From assembly GCA_050950765.1 (NCBI GenBank), contig JBMNIF010000002.1, positions 256,001 through 320,000 of the forward strand: a stretch of DNA of 64,000 bases, in the 5' to 3' direction. Each line of letters begins with the position of its first letter. The first letter of the stretch is position 1. Positions 8,738-17,826 of this stretch are shown here, in pieces. A model generated the notes under the pieces. It was not told the origin of the DNA. It saw only the letters and a list, made by a program, of their open reading frames with translations, and ran no database searches. Made by a program: the position numbers and the translations under genes. The stretch comes from Bdellovibrionota bacterium (GTDB lineage: Bacteria; Bdellovibrionota_C; UBA2361; JAAYZI01).

Positions 8738-9598
8738 CTAAACGACACTTTTCAGATCTGATTCATTTGAGTCAATATCATTACCATTTTTCTTGCGTAC
8801 ACTATATCTAAAATTAGCAAGTAGATAACCCAAAGTAGCACAAATAAATCCACTTAATAAAACTGCCGCAAAAAAGGTCATTATTAAACCGTATTGATCC
8901 CCCTCTACAACGTTCCAAAAGAGTAAGGAAACTAGAGGCACCTTTACGATCTCTCCGTTTTTAAGAGTAACTCCATTTACCAAAACTTCCGTCTCTTCTT
9001 GTACGGTCGAGATAACTTTTACTTTTTCCAGCGGGATATTCGGAAGAACCAGCTGCACGAGTTGCTCAATATCTTCCTGACTAAGAGCATCTTCTTTGCG
9101 CAACCGAACAATGATGGCAGCACCCTCTGAATCTGCCATCACAGACCTCTGTCTGACTATGGCTTTAGCCGAAATCACACCGGCATGGTTACTGAACAGA
9201 TCCTCAATCTGCACAGCCAGTGCTCTATCTGCACGCAGAGCTTCGATCTCTTTCGAATTCGAAGAAAGAAACCCACCTTGAGAAGAGAGGTATTTTAAAG
9301 AGGGATCCTCTTCTTCCGGCAAACCGTTATTATCCAAGATCTGTACAGCTTCTAAATATTTATTATGCTTAACCAAAACATGATAACCGTCAGACGATTT
9401 TCGTCCGCTCTTTTCAGCCGTAGCAGGGATGCCTTGAGCGCTCAAGACTGCAATGATTCTATTCGCCTGTTTATGCGAAAGCCCTTCGCCTGTAACTGAA
9501 ACCTCATTACAGGCGCAGAGGAAGAACGCCATCAACGGCAATAGAATATAGCGTACAGAATTTAATTTCATTATCATAAACCCGCTTTTACTTTTCAC
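8738..9598 (-). CDS. SctJ/YscJ/PrgK inner-membrane ring lipoprotein
   Basis: Lipobox FFLCAC; GLSHKQANRIIAVLSAQGI; AVQILDNNGLP; GVISAKA; C-terminal TM. Confidence 0.85.
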   Translation of the reverse strand: MKSKSGFMIMKLNSVRYILLPLMAFFLCACNEVSVTGEGLSHKQANRIIAVLSAQGIPATAEKSGRKSSDGYHVLVKHNKYLEAVQILDNNGLPEEEDPSLKYLSSQGGFLSSNSKEIEALRADRALAVQIEDLFSNHAGVISAKAIVRQRSVMADSEGAAIIVRLRKEDALSQEDIEQLVQLVLPNIPLEKVKVISTVQEETEVLVNGVTLKNGEIVKVPLVSLLFWNVVEGDQYGLIMTFFAAVLLSGFICATLGYLLANFRYSVRKKNGNDIDSNESDLKSVV

Positions 9599-11003
9599 CT
9601 ACATAAGGGATAAGTGTTACAAGAAATTCGACATCACCAAAGCGTACCCAGTCGCCATTTTCCAAAATGACGAGCTCCTCTTCTTTCTGATACGTATTCT
9701 CTCCACGTCGTCTGACGAAAATACCCCTATCACTCATCAGATCGTGCAATCTTAAGCCGTCTTCCGTACTAACCATCACCATGGCGTGCGGTGTAGAGAT
9801 GCTTTCATCCTCAAGGATTAAATCCGTACCTTTCAAGCTGGTACGCGTAATAAAAAACTTCCCTTCGCGTAGCTCGATCCCCTCTCCCGACGGAGTATTA
9901 TAACTGACAAACCAACCAAACAATCTACCCTTTTTAGAAGGTGCACGTTGCGGTGTCTGATCTTTTTTCTGAAATGGAGCATTCTGCTTCCTATCTTTAC
10001 CTTGTTGTGAAACGTTTTTCTGTTGTTTCTCTCTTCTTTCAAAACGTTTCTTTTCTTCACTTTCATTTTCTTCATACCTAGCAACGCTCTCTTTTTCAGA
10101 AGCACCTGACCTGCCTTCCTTTCTTGACTGTTGTTCAGATCTTTGTTGCTTATCAGGATTTGAGCTCCTATTATCTCTACGTCGTCTAGCTGAACGGGAC
10201 GTTCTCTCTGGCGTTTGTTGAACCTCTGCCGCTATCTCAGGAATTTCAAATTCAACATCTTCCACAACGCTTTCTTGAGACGACACTACATCTTCAATCT
10301 CTTCAGAGCTATCATCCCCAAGATCTTCAACAGTGACCTCTTCCTCTTCTTCTCCAACATTAAAATCGAAAGGTCCTACAAGCCCCCCTTCTACTTCATT
10401 AACTTCATAATTCACCACTTCTTCAGCACTATCATCCTCAACGGCAGACGCGGTTTCTACAAAACCACTTTCAGGATCTGATCTTACCTCAGAGACAACT
10501 CCACCGTAATCAAATCTGGTTTCAACATCTTCCACCTCTCTCGGTTCAAAATCAGCATATCCTTCGGGTTCTTTTGACTCTTCCTCTTGAGCGCCTGCAA
10601 ATTGAGGTGTTTCATCTTCAGCACCTATCGCTACGATACTATCATCTTCCATCTCCCCTTCTGAATCATCAGGGATTTCAACCTCCAGCTCTTCAATATA
10701 AGCACTAAGGGGATCATCCAACTGCATGGGGTCATCATTACTTACATCAGCCACCTGCTGAGTAGCACTGGCCACTTCATCTTCTCTGATTCGATCTCTG
10801 GTTTGTTCTAATTCTGCATCTCCCGCTGTGGACATCGTACGTTGTCGCACCCTAGCGGAAGGTTTCTGCGCAGGCTCCTCCGGTCGTTCGGAAGCAGAAT
10901 CTAAACTCGCTCCGCACATCCGACAACGAGTTGAGACTGCCGGTATTAAACTTCGACAAGATGGACATCTCACAAAGGTCAACTCATTATTATCTGTAGC
11001 CAT
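9588..11003 (-). CDS. Zinc-ribbon, long acidic linker, C-terminal FHA-like domain protein
   Basis: CPSC...CRMC; E/D-rich middle; ILEDESISTPHA...DLMSDRG...GDWVRFG. Confidence 0.75.
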   Translation of the reverse strand: MATDNNELTFVRCPSCRSLIPAVSTRCRMCGASLDSASERPEEPAQKPSARVRQRTMSTAGDAELEQTRDRIREDEVASATQQVADVSNDDPMQLDDPLSAYIEELEVEIPDDSEGEMEDDSIVAIGAEDETPQFAGAQEEESKEPEGYADFEPREVEDVETRFDYGGVVSEVRSDPESGFVETASAVEDDSAEEVVNYEVNEVEGGLVGPFDFNVGEEEEEVTVEDLGDDSSEEIEDVVSSQESVVEDVEFEIPEIAAEVQQTPERTSRSARRRRDNRSSNPDKQQRSEQQSRKEGRSGASEKESVARYEENESEEKKRFERREKQQKNVSQQGKDRKQNAPFQKKDQTPQRAPSKKGRLFGWFVSYNTPSGEGIELREGKFFITRTSLKGTDLILEDESISTPHAMVMVSTEDGLRLHDLMSDRGIFVRRRGENTYQKEEELVILENGDWVRFGDVEFLVTLIPYVGEK

Positions 11004-11042
11004 AATATCACTCCCTTTTTACTCAAAAAAAAACATACTTAT

Positions 11043-12434
11043 TTAAAATATTGCTCCACATAAAATAAACAATAAGAATATTAACAACGCATTGAGCAGT
11101 ATCATTATAAAAATGAACAACGCTTTTTTCGGCAGCGACAAAGCATTAAAGTACCGCTCCAAATCTTCTATTTTAACGAACCCTCTACCCGTGTTAAGCA
11201 TACTTTCCACCGTGTTTCTTGATACACGCGCACGTTGCATTTGTGGTGGTTGCAGAGAAGTCTCTTCCATAAAGCTTTCTGTTAATCCAACCTGCTTCTT
11301 TGTTTTTTCGACCTTAACTTCATTTTCTACAAAAGCATCTGCCGAACCGTTAGCATTCTTAAACTTCTCTTCCTGTTCTTTATTAAAACAGATCGCCACC
11401 GTTAAATTACCACCGAAGTTTAAAACTTTGGCTTCACCATCAAGCTCTAAAGTATGACCTTTCTTTAAGATACCGCCGTCATAAACGGTTCCGTTAGTGC
11501 TGGAATCTTCGACTGTCGTTATACCTGTCTGACTAAGAGAAACTGTACAGTGCCGCCTTGAAACGTGCGGAGCTCCTAACCACAGATCGCTACTAGGCTC
11601 TCTACCGATAGTGACACTTCCATCAACCGGCAAAACCAAACGTGCTGGTCTAGCCACCTCAGACATCGATAATAAGATCGGGTACCTTTGCAACGATTGT
11701 TGCGGAGCAACTTTTTCCACTTCCTTGTTGATGATTTTTTCCAAACCATCTTGAGAAACTACACCGTATATCGAAGTTTGCCCCCCTAAAAAGATAGGTA
11801 CATTTGGTTCTACATTAACACGCCCTGAGATCTGTTGATTGTGTACAAAAGTTCCGTTTGTTGAACCGAGATCTTCGATCCAAAACCTTCCTTCTTCAAA
11901 ACCTATACGTGCATGCTTGCCCGAGATATCCGCACCATCAAGTCGTACCGCACATTTATTAGAGCGCCCAATATAAGCTGGTTGATCTGGTGAAAAAGAA
12001 ACGACTATCGGAGAGGCTCCTGCTACAACAACAGCTGGGAACTCCGGAGTATCTAAAGCACAAGCCTGCCGCAATATCCGCACTCCAGCACGGTCTGGTG
12101 GTTCTCCTGCTTTTACCGCTAAGTCGGGATCCAATGAAGTCACTGTTAATTGCAGATTAGCAAGTTTTAATGAAGTAGATCCGTTAATCGCTCCATGCGG
12201 TATTTCAGGGATAGCGTTGATGTCGTTTGAATTTACCTTATCTAGCGTTTCAAGCTTGCAACGAAACTTTCTTCCGACACACTTCGTCAAACGGAGTTGA
12301 TAATTAAGATCTTTCATATCTTCTATATCAACGTGTGCTTCTTCAGAAGCACCGATCAAGGCTTGTGGACGACGCACAAGTATCATCATGGTTTGGGATA
12401 AGCCATCTTGAAAAGCTATTTCAAGAGCGAACAT
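11043..12434 (-). CDS. Tandem FHA-domain protein with C-terminal TM (SctD/CdsD-like cytoplasmic part)
   Basis: IGRS...ISGKHA...DLGSTNGT and IGRE...VSRRHC...DSSTNGT; terminal hydrophobic helix. Confidence 0.8.
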   Translation of the reverse strand: MFALEIAFQDGLSQTMMILVRRPQALIGASEEAHVDIEDMKDLNYQLRLTKCVGRKFRCKLETLDKVNSNDINAIPEIPHGAINGSTSLKLANLQLTVTSLDPDLAVKAGEPPDRAGVRILRQACALDTPEFPAVVVAGASPIVVSFSPDQPAYIGRSNKCAVRLDGADISGKHARIGFEEGRFWIEDLGSTNGTFVHNQQISGRVNVEPNVPIFLGGQTSIYGVVSQDGLEKIINKEVEKVAPQQSLQRYPILLSMSEVARPARLVLPVDGSVTIGREPSSDLWLGAPHVSRRHCTVSLSQTGITTVEDSSTNGTVYDGGILKKGHTLELDGEAKVLNFGGNLTVAICFNKEQEEKFKNANGSADAFVENEVKVEKTKKQVGLTESFMEETSLQPPQMQRARVSRNTVESMLNTGRGFVKIEDLERYFNALSLPKKALFIFIMILLNALLIFLLFILCGAIF

Positions 12435-12572
12435 GCACGTAATCCTTCAATAGGGTAAAAATCGACCTTAAATCCGTTAACAAACACCTGTTTATATATA
12501 GATAATTTCAACCGCAGAAAAATTCTCTACAGTATTATTAGAATCAAAAAACGGAGTAAGGATCCACTTTTT

Positions 12573-12600
12573 TTATCGAACACTACTAAAAGAATCTTTA
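12573..12600 (-). promoter_or_regulatory. Candidate sigma-28-type promoter for FHA/T3SS operon
   Basis: Minus strand TAAA-N16-TTCGATAA versus consensus TAAA-N15/16-GCCGATAA. Confidence 0.3.
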
Positions 12601-12892
12601 ATTTTTGTTACACATTAGTGCAAAAATAAGTGAGTCTTATTTCTGTCTTTTAACATCTCAAGACATGCTTAATTGCTAAAGGGATCCTTTAATAGAGATC
12701 TCTTTTGAGTGTATTAGGAGCTAAAAATAACAGATAAATAAATTCTGTTTAATAATTAGCTAGTTATGGAAGAAGATTTTTAGTGTTAGTTATGCACTTC
12801 GCTAAAAACAAACCGCTGTTTTATTACATAAAACACGCTAAAAACTTCTTGCGGTGAACGCTATAATATTTGTTAAGCAATAAGGTTAAACC

Positions 12893-13258
12893 ATGGACAC
12901 ACCAGCAACTATCTTGATTGTCGACGATGATGTAACAGCACTCGACATTGTTGATTACCTCTTTGAAGATAAAGGCTTTGAAGTAGTACGCAGAGCCGAT
13001 GGTCAATCTGCTATTGATTGTGTTGAAGAGATCAATCCGAATATCATTTTAGTGGATCTTATGATGCCGCGCCTAAGTGGTCAGGAAACTGTCCGGCAGA
13101 TGCGTGCTAAAGGTATTACCGTTCCTGTTGTGGCATTTACTGCCATAGATAATCCGGAGATTCATCAGGAGGCACTTGATGCAGGTTGCAATCTGGTGTT
13201 AACAAAACCGTGTCGTCCTAATATCTTAGTGAAACACATCGAAGATCTGTTACAATAA
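12893..13258 (+). CDS. Stand-alone receiver-domain response regulator
   Basis: ILIVDDD, ILVDLMMP, AFTA, TKP. Confidence 0.9.
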   Translation: MDTPATILIVDDDVTALDIVDYLFEDKGFEVVRRADGQSAIDCVEEINPNIILVDLMMPRLSGQETVRQMRAKGITVPVVAFTAIDNPEIHQEALDAGCNLVLTKPCRPNILVKHIEDLLQ

Positions 13259-13836
13259 AAAGTTGTAGTAAAAAGACTCTTTTGTCCTCAATTATTGCAC
13301 GTAATACTTCACCTAAGTAAAAGGTGTAAGTTGCATTAAAAAATTGCAAAAAAAACCTTTTATACCTCTTTTCTTTAATTTTCTTTAAACTTTCTTCAAA
13401 CGAAACACCTTCTTTGGGCGATCAGGCTTTGCAAAACCCTGTTTTATTTTTAAATATTTACTTTATATTAAAACCTACATTCTCTTTTACAGCATCTTTA
13501 GTTATACTGGTGTATGTGGCCATGAATGATGCTTTTATGTTTTTTGGCTCACGCAGGGCATATTTTCCCATCTGCTCTTCTCTCTACCGCAGCGGCTTGG
13601 TTAATGAAGAGCAATAACTATGGTGATAGTGCTACATAACAAGTTTAAAAATTTTCGGAATCATTGGATTTGGCAGCAGTTCTTAAAACAGATTTTATAT
13701 GAAACGGATACGATTTAAAAAATCAAAATAGTGATCTGGTTATAGTTTTTTATAGAGACATGACATTCCACAATACCAACACATATTCATTTGAACAGGC
13801 TTGCATCTCCTTGGTTCCTCTTATGAGGAAAAATCA

Positions 13837-15522
13837 ATGGATCGTCAAATGCTTATCAACGCCGTGCATCCTGAAGAGATCAGGATCGCCATCACTCAAG
13901 AGAATAGCCTTATTGAACTTGAGGTTGAATCAGATCTTGGTAAAAAGCTTAAAGGGAATATCTATAAAGCGCGCATCTCTCGCATAGAGCCCAGCTTACA
14001 AGCAGCCTTTATCGATATCGGAACTCAACGTAACGGCTTCTTACAGATTAACGACATTCATCCCGCCTATTTTAAAAACTACAAAAAGGGCAATGGCAAG
14101 GTTGCTATTCAAGATGTCCTAGAAGCAGGTCAAGAGCTGGTTGTTCAAGTTGTCAAGGAAGAGCGCGAATTAAAAGGTGCTACCCTTACGACGTACCTCT
14201 CTCTACCAGGGAGGTACATAGTGGTTATGCCGGGTAGTGATAGAGGCGGCATCTCTCGCAAGATCAGTGATAATGAGCAACGTCAGAAACTAAAAAAACT
14301 TGCTGCCGAATTAGAACTACCAACAGGGATCGGAATAATCGTTAGGACTGCTGGCTTAGATCGTTCTCAAAGTGAGTTGTCTCGAGACCTATCACTTCAA
14401 TTGAAGTTATGGGAACAGATCCTAGCCTCTGCCCAAACGGCAACCTCACCAACTCTACTTTATGGTGAGAGTGATGTTGCAACACGTGTTGTTAGAGATT
14501 ACTTCACACCGGAAATTCGAGATATTATTATCGACGATCGTGCCACCTTTGAAAGAGTCCGCAATTTTGTTTGGCAGGTTACGCCCAGATACCGTTCTCG
14601 TATTAAATTTTATGATAACGACCAACCTCTTTTTTCTCACTACAACATAGAAGATCAAGTTGAGAACACTTTAAAAAGTACCGTAAAATTAAAATCCGGC
14701 GGAGAGATCGTGATCGATTCTTGGGAAGCTTTAGTTGCAATAGATGTAAACTCCGGCAAATCAACCACAGGTGAAAATATTGAAGACACTGCTTACAGGA
14801 CAAACCTTGAAGCAGCTGATGAGATCGCCAAGCAGTTACGCTTACGTGACTTGGGTGGTTTAATTGTGATCGATTTTATCGATATGATGGATCGTAAACA
14901 TAAACTGGCGTTGGAACGACAGTTACAACTCGCTGTAAAAGATGATAAAGCACGTATAGAGCTCGGCAGATTATCCAAGTTCGGTTTAATGGAGATGTCG
15001 CGTCAACGGTTACGCGCTACCATTTCTAGTCAAAGTAATTTACGGTGCTCAACTTGTCGTGGAACAGGCGTGGTTCGCGGTAGCGAATTCGTGGCTTTAG
15101 AAGCTTTGCGACGTATTCAATCAGCTGTAATCGCTGGACATGTAAAATTAGTAAAAGCACGACTAGCACCTGCCCCTGCTCTTTTCCTACTAAATAATAA
15201 AAAGGTAGATTTAGCAGCATTAGAAACAAAGTATGGTGCGCTAGTATACGTCCTAGCTGATGGTAGACTTCGTCCTGATGAGTATCATTTCGAGATGGAA
15301 TCAGATCCCCTTGCCAGCATTGAATCTCAAAAGATTTCAGATCTAAAATCAAAAGAGAATAAGAGAAGCTCTGCTGTTACACCCTCCGGCAAAAGATCGG
15401 AAACCAGACAAACAGCTGCTGCTGCTACACAGAAAAGTCGTCTACGTCCGCGGGCACGGCTGCGTAAAAGGATAGATGAAAAGCGTGTGGCGCTCCAACA
15501 ACAAAGTGCTTTAAAAGAGTAA
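13837..15522 (+). CDS. rne: Rne/Rng family ribonuclease (RNase E/G)
   Basis: GNIYKARI..IEPSLQAAFID, AIDVNSG, DLGGLIVIDFIDM, CxxCxGxG Zn-link; ATG 13837 has a GAGGA RBS. Confidence 0.92.
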   Translation: MDRQMLINAVHPEEIRIAITQENSLIELEVESDLGKKLKGNIYKARISRIEPSLQAAFIDIGTQRNGFLQINDIHPAYFKNYKKGNGKVAIQDVLEAGQELVVQVVKEERELKGATLTTYLSLPGRYIVVMPGSDRGGISRKISDNEQRQKLKKLAAELELPTGIGIIVRTAGLDRSQSELSRDLSLQLKLWEQILASAQTATSPTLLYGESDVATRVVRDYFTPEIRDIIIDDRATFERVRNFVWQVTPRYRSRIKFYDNDQPLFSHYNIEDQVENTLKSTVKLKSGGEIVIDSWEALVAIDVNSGKSTTGENIEDTAYRTNLEAADEIAKQLRLRDLGGLIVIDFIDMMDRKHKLALERQLQLAVKDDKARIELGRLSKFGLMEMSRQRLRATISSQSNLRCSTCRGTGVVRGSEFVALEALRRIQSAVIAGHVKLVKARLAPAPALFLLNNKKVDLAALETKYGALVYVLADGRLRPDEYHFEMESDPLASIESQKISDLKSKENKRSSAVTPSGKRSETRQTAAAATQKSRLRPRARLRKRIDEKRVALQQQSALKE

Positions 15523-15716
15523 GTTGATACTTTATTTTTTAGAGTAAAGATATTTTTTACAACACAGATCGGAAGAACATTTAAAAAAATTTTGGACTTT
15601 TTTATCTATTGCTGGCATACAAGGTATCGAAGATAAAATTATCAATTTACAGGTAAAATTGATAATTTTAAGCTAGAGGCGCAAGTAGTCACTCAGGTCG
15701 TATCTCATATTATGGA

Positions 15717-16751
15717 TTGTGGCTTGATACGGTTCTTGATATTCTGACAGGACTTTTATTGTGGTGGTTGCCAGTGGGAATAAATTCAATAGCAGATCTA
15801 AAAAAAGATTTTTGTCGTTTGGCGTGTTTTGGAGCTAATATAACAGACTCTCACAGCTGTTTTATATTTTTACCTCAATGGATACTTCAGAACGATCTCA
15901 TGCCGCAGGCGGAATCGAATAACGAATTGGCTCTTGTCGGGTTCCACTCTTTAAGCTCTGAAATTTTTAACAACTGTCATATCGAAGCTGGAAACGGCGT
16001 TATCGGTTGGGTTGCTCAACATAAACAATCGATCCACATTGCGCCTTTTGAACGAGATAGTCGAACTCTCGGGATGTACAGAGCGCACTTATCACTAAAG
16101 AGCGTTATTGCAGTTCCAATTATGCTTGATTGTATAAATGCAGATACCTCTAATGGCAACCTTGCAGGTGTTTTAGCTTGTGACAGCAAAAAATCTTATG
16201 CCTTTTCTAAGTTACAAGGCAAACTCTTGGAAGATCTTTCATACGAGATTAGTAATACGTTGCGCTTATCTATGACTCCAAGAGCGGAGGGACAGCAATC
16301 ATGGTGCTCTTTTATTCAGCGTGGCATGAATCTTATTTCAACGCTTGGTAAAAACTCTGTGGATGTCTTACGCGTTCATCCAGAGAACTTAGACGCTATT
16401 GAAATTAAACAGGGAACTTCAGAAACGATTACGGCGGTAGAGCAGCTTTATAGATTAATTCAGCAATCTCTTTCACAAGAGTTTCCATCATACTGTCTTC
16501 CGAACGGGGATCTAATAATAATTCTAGATAATATGATGTCAGCATTTTATCAGAACAAGATAGATGCTTTAGCGAAATATGTAGCACGTGGCGGTGAAAC
16601 CATTGTATTTAGTTACCTTCGACAATCTTTTTCAGATCGTCAAAATAGGACAAAGACATTAGACGATCTAATAGCGGCTACAAACAGTACCTTAAAAACT
16701 GAATCCACTACCACAAGCACAAAGAGGTCCTATGTCTTCGGCAGGCGTTAA
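15717..16751 (+). CDS. GAF-domain protein with degenerate GGDEF-like C-terminus (start may be GTG 15774)
   Basis: GNGVIGWVA, KSVIAVPI, GVLACDSK..YAFS; NGDLII sits at the GGDEF position. Confidence 0.7.
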   Translation: MWLDTVLDILTGLLLWWLPVGINSIADLKKDFCRLACFGANITDSHSCFIFLPQWILQNDLMPQAESNNELALVGFHSLSSEIFNNCHIEAGNGVIGWVAQHKQSIHIAPFERDSRTLGMYRAHLSLKSVIAVPIMLDCINADTSNGNLAGVLACDSKKSYAFSKLQGKLLEDLSYEISNTLRLSMTPRAEGQQSWCSFIQRGMNLISTLGKNSVDVLRVHPENLDAIEIKQGTSETITAVEQLYRLIQQSLSQEFPSYCLPNGDLIIILDNMMSAFYQNKIDALAKYVARGGETIVFSYLRQSFSDRQNRTKTLDDLIAATNSTLKTESTTTSTKRSYVFGRR

Positions 16752-17799
16752 CACTCGTTTAAAGAAGTTTAATCCGCTACGATCAATCTTAGGCAATGCT
16801 TTCGGATACAATTTGGCTATGGATCTTGGGACGGCCAATACCCTCATCTACATTAAAGGTAAGGGAGTTGTTTTAAATGAACCGAGTCTTGTAGCGATGG
16901 AGGATAGTTCAAATAAAGCGGTGGCAGTAGGTCAAGCAGCGAAAGATATGTTCGGAAGAACTCCAAGTTCAATCAAGTGTATTCGTCCCCTGAAGGACGG
17001 CGTTATCGCCGACTTTAATGTGGCGAGCATTATGATTAAACACATGATTAATAAAGTTACTAAAAAACGTTTCTTAGCTAAGCCCCGTTTAATAGTCAGC
17101 GTCCCTTCCAGCATTACACAAGTTGAAAAACGTGCTGTTATACAAGCCGCCTACCTTTCAGGAGTGTACGAAGTACGTCTTGTTGAGGAACCTATGGCAG
17201 CCGCTCTTGGTCTAGGCTTACCGGTGGATAAATCTCCAGCAAATATGCTTATCAATATCGGAGGCGGTACTACCGAGATCGCTATTATTAGATCTAGTGA
17301 AACTGTTTATTCGAATTCAATCCGAGTCGCAGGAGATGTTATGGATGAAGCTATTCAGCTTTGCATAAAACGTAAATTTGATCTCCAGATCGGCATCCTT
17401 GAAGCTGAACGCATTAAGATAGCGATCGGTTCGGCGCTTCCTAGTACACAAAAAAGCACCACTCCCGTTTTCGGACGAGATCTGATCCGTTGTCTACCGC
17501 AAAAAATTGAGGTAGCAGACGATTTAATTCGTACTGCACTAAATGAATCGATTACTACGATTATATCTTCTATTATTACAGCGCTAGAGCAAACAGATCT
17601 TAAGGTTGCCCAAGACATCATCGAACGTGGAGTCTATTTAGCAGGTGGTGGCGCACTTTTATCTGGACTTCCGGAACGTCTTTCTCGAGAGGCAGGGGTA
17701 GCATTTCATTTAGCGCAAGATCCCACTAAGGCAGTAATTCATGGAGTTGGTCATGTAGCAGACAACTTAAAAGAAAATCATATCTATTGTGTAGCGTAA
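16732..17799 (+). CDS. mreB: MreB-family actin homolog (paralog, no mreCD)
   Basis: DLGTANT, NEPS, RPLKDGVIADF, EEPMAAA, NIGGGTTE, LAGGGALL. Confidence 0.9.
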   Translation: MSSAGVNTRLKKFNPLRSILGNAFGYNLAMDLGTANTLIYIKGKGVVLNEPSLVAMEDSSNKAVAVGQAAKDMFGRTPSSIKCIRPLKDGVIADFNVASIMIKHMINKVTKKRFLAKPRLIVSVPSSITQVEKRAVIQAAYLSGVYEVRLVEEPMAAALGLGLPVDKSPANMLINIGGGTTEIAIIRSSETVYSNSIRVAGDVMDEAIQLCIKRKFDLQIGILEAERIKIAIGSALPSTQKSTTPVFGRDLIRCLPQKIEVADDLIRTALNESITTIISSIITALEQTDLKVAQDIIERGVYLAGGGALLSGLPERLSREAGVAFHLAQDPTKAVIHGVGHVADNLKENHIYCVA

Positions 17800-17826
17800 A
17801 TATTTTCGTCAGCACCTTAAAACCCT

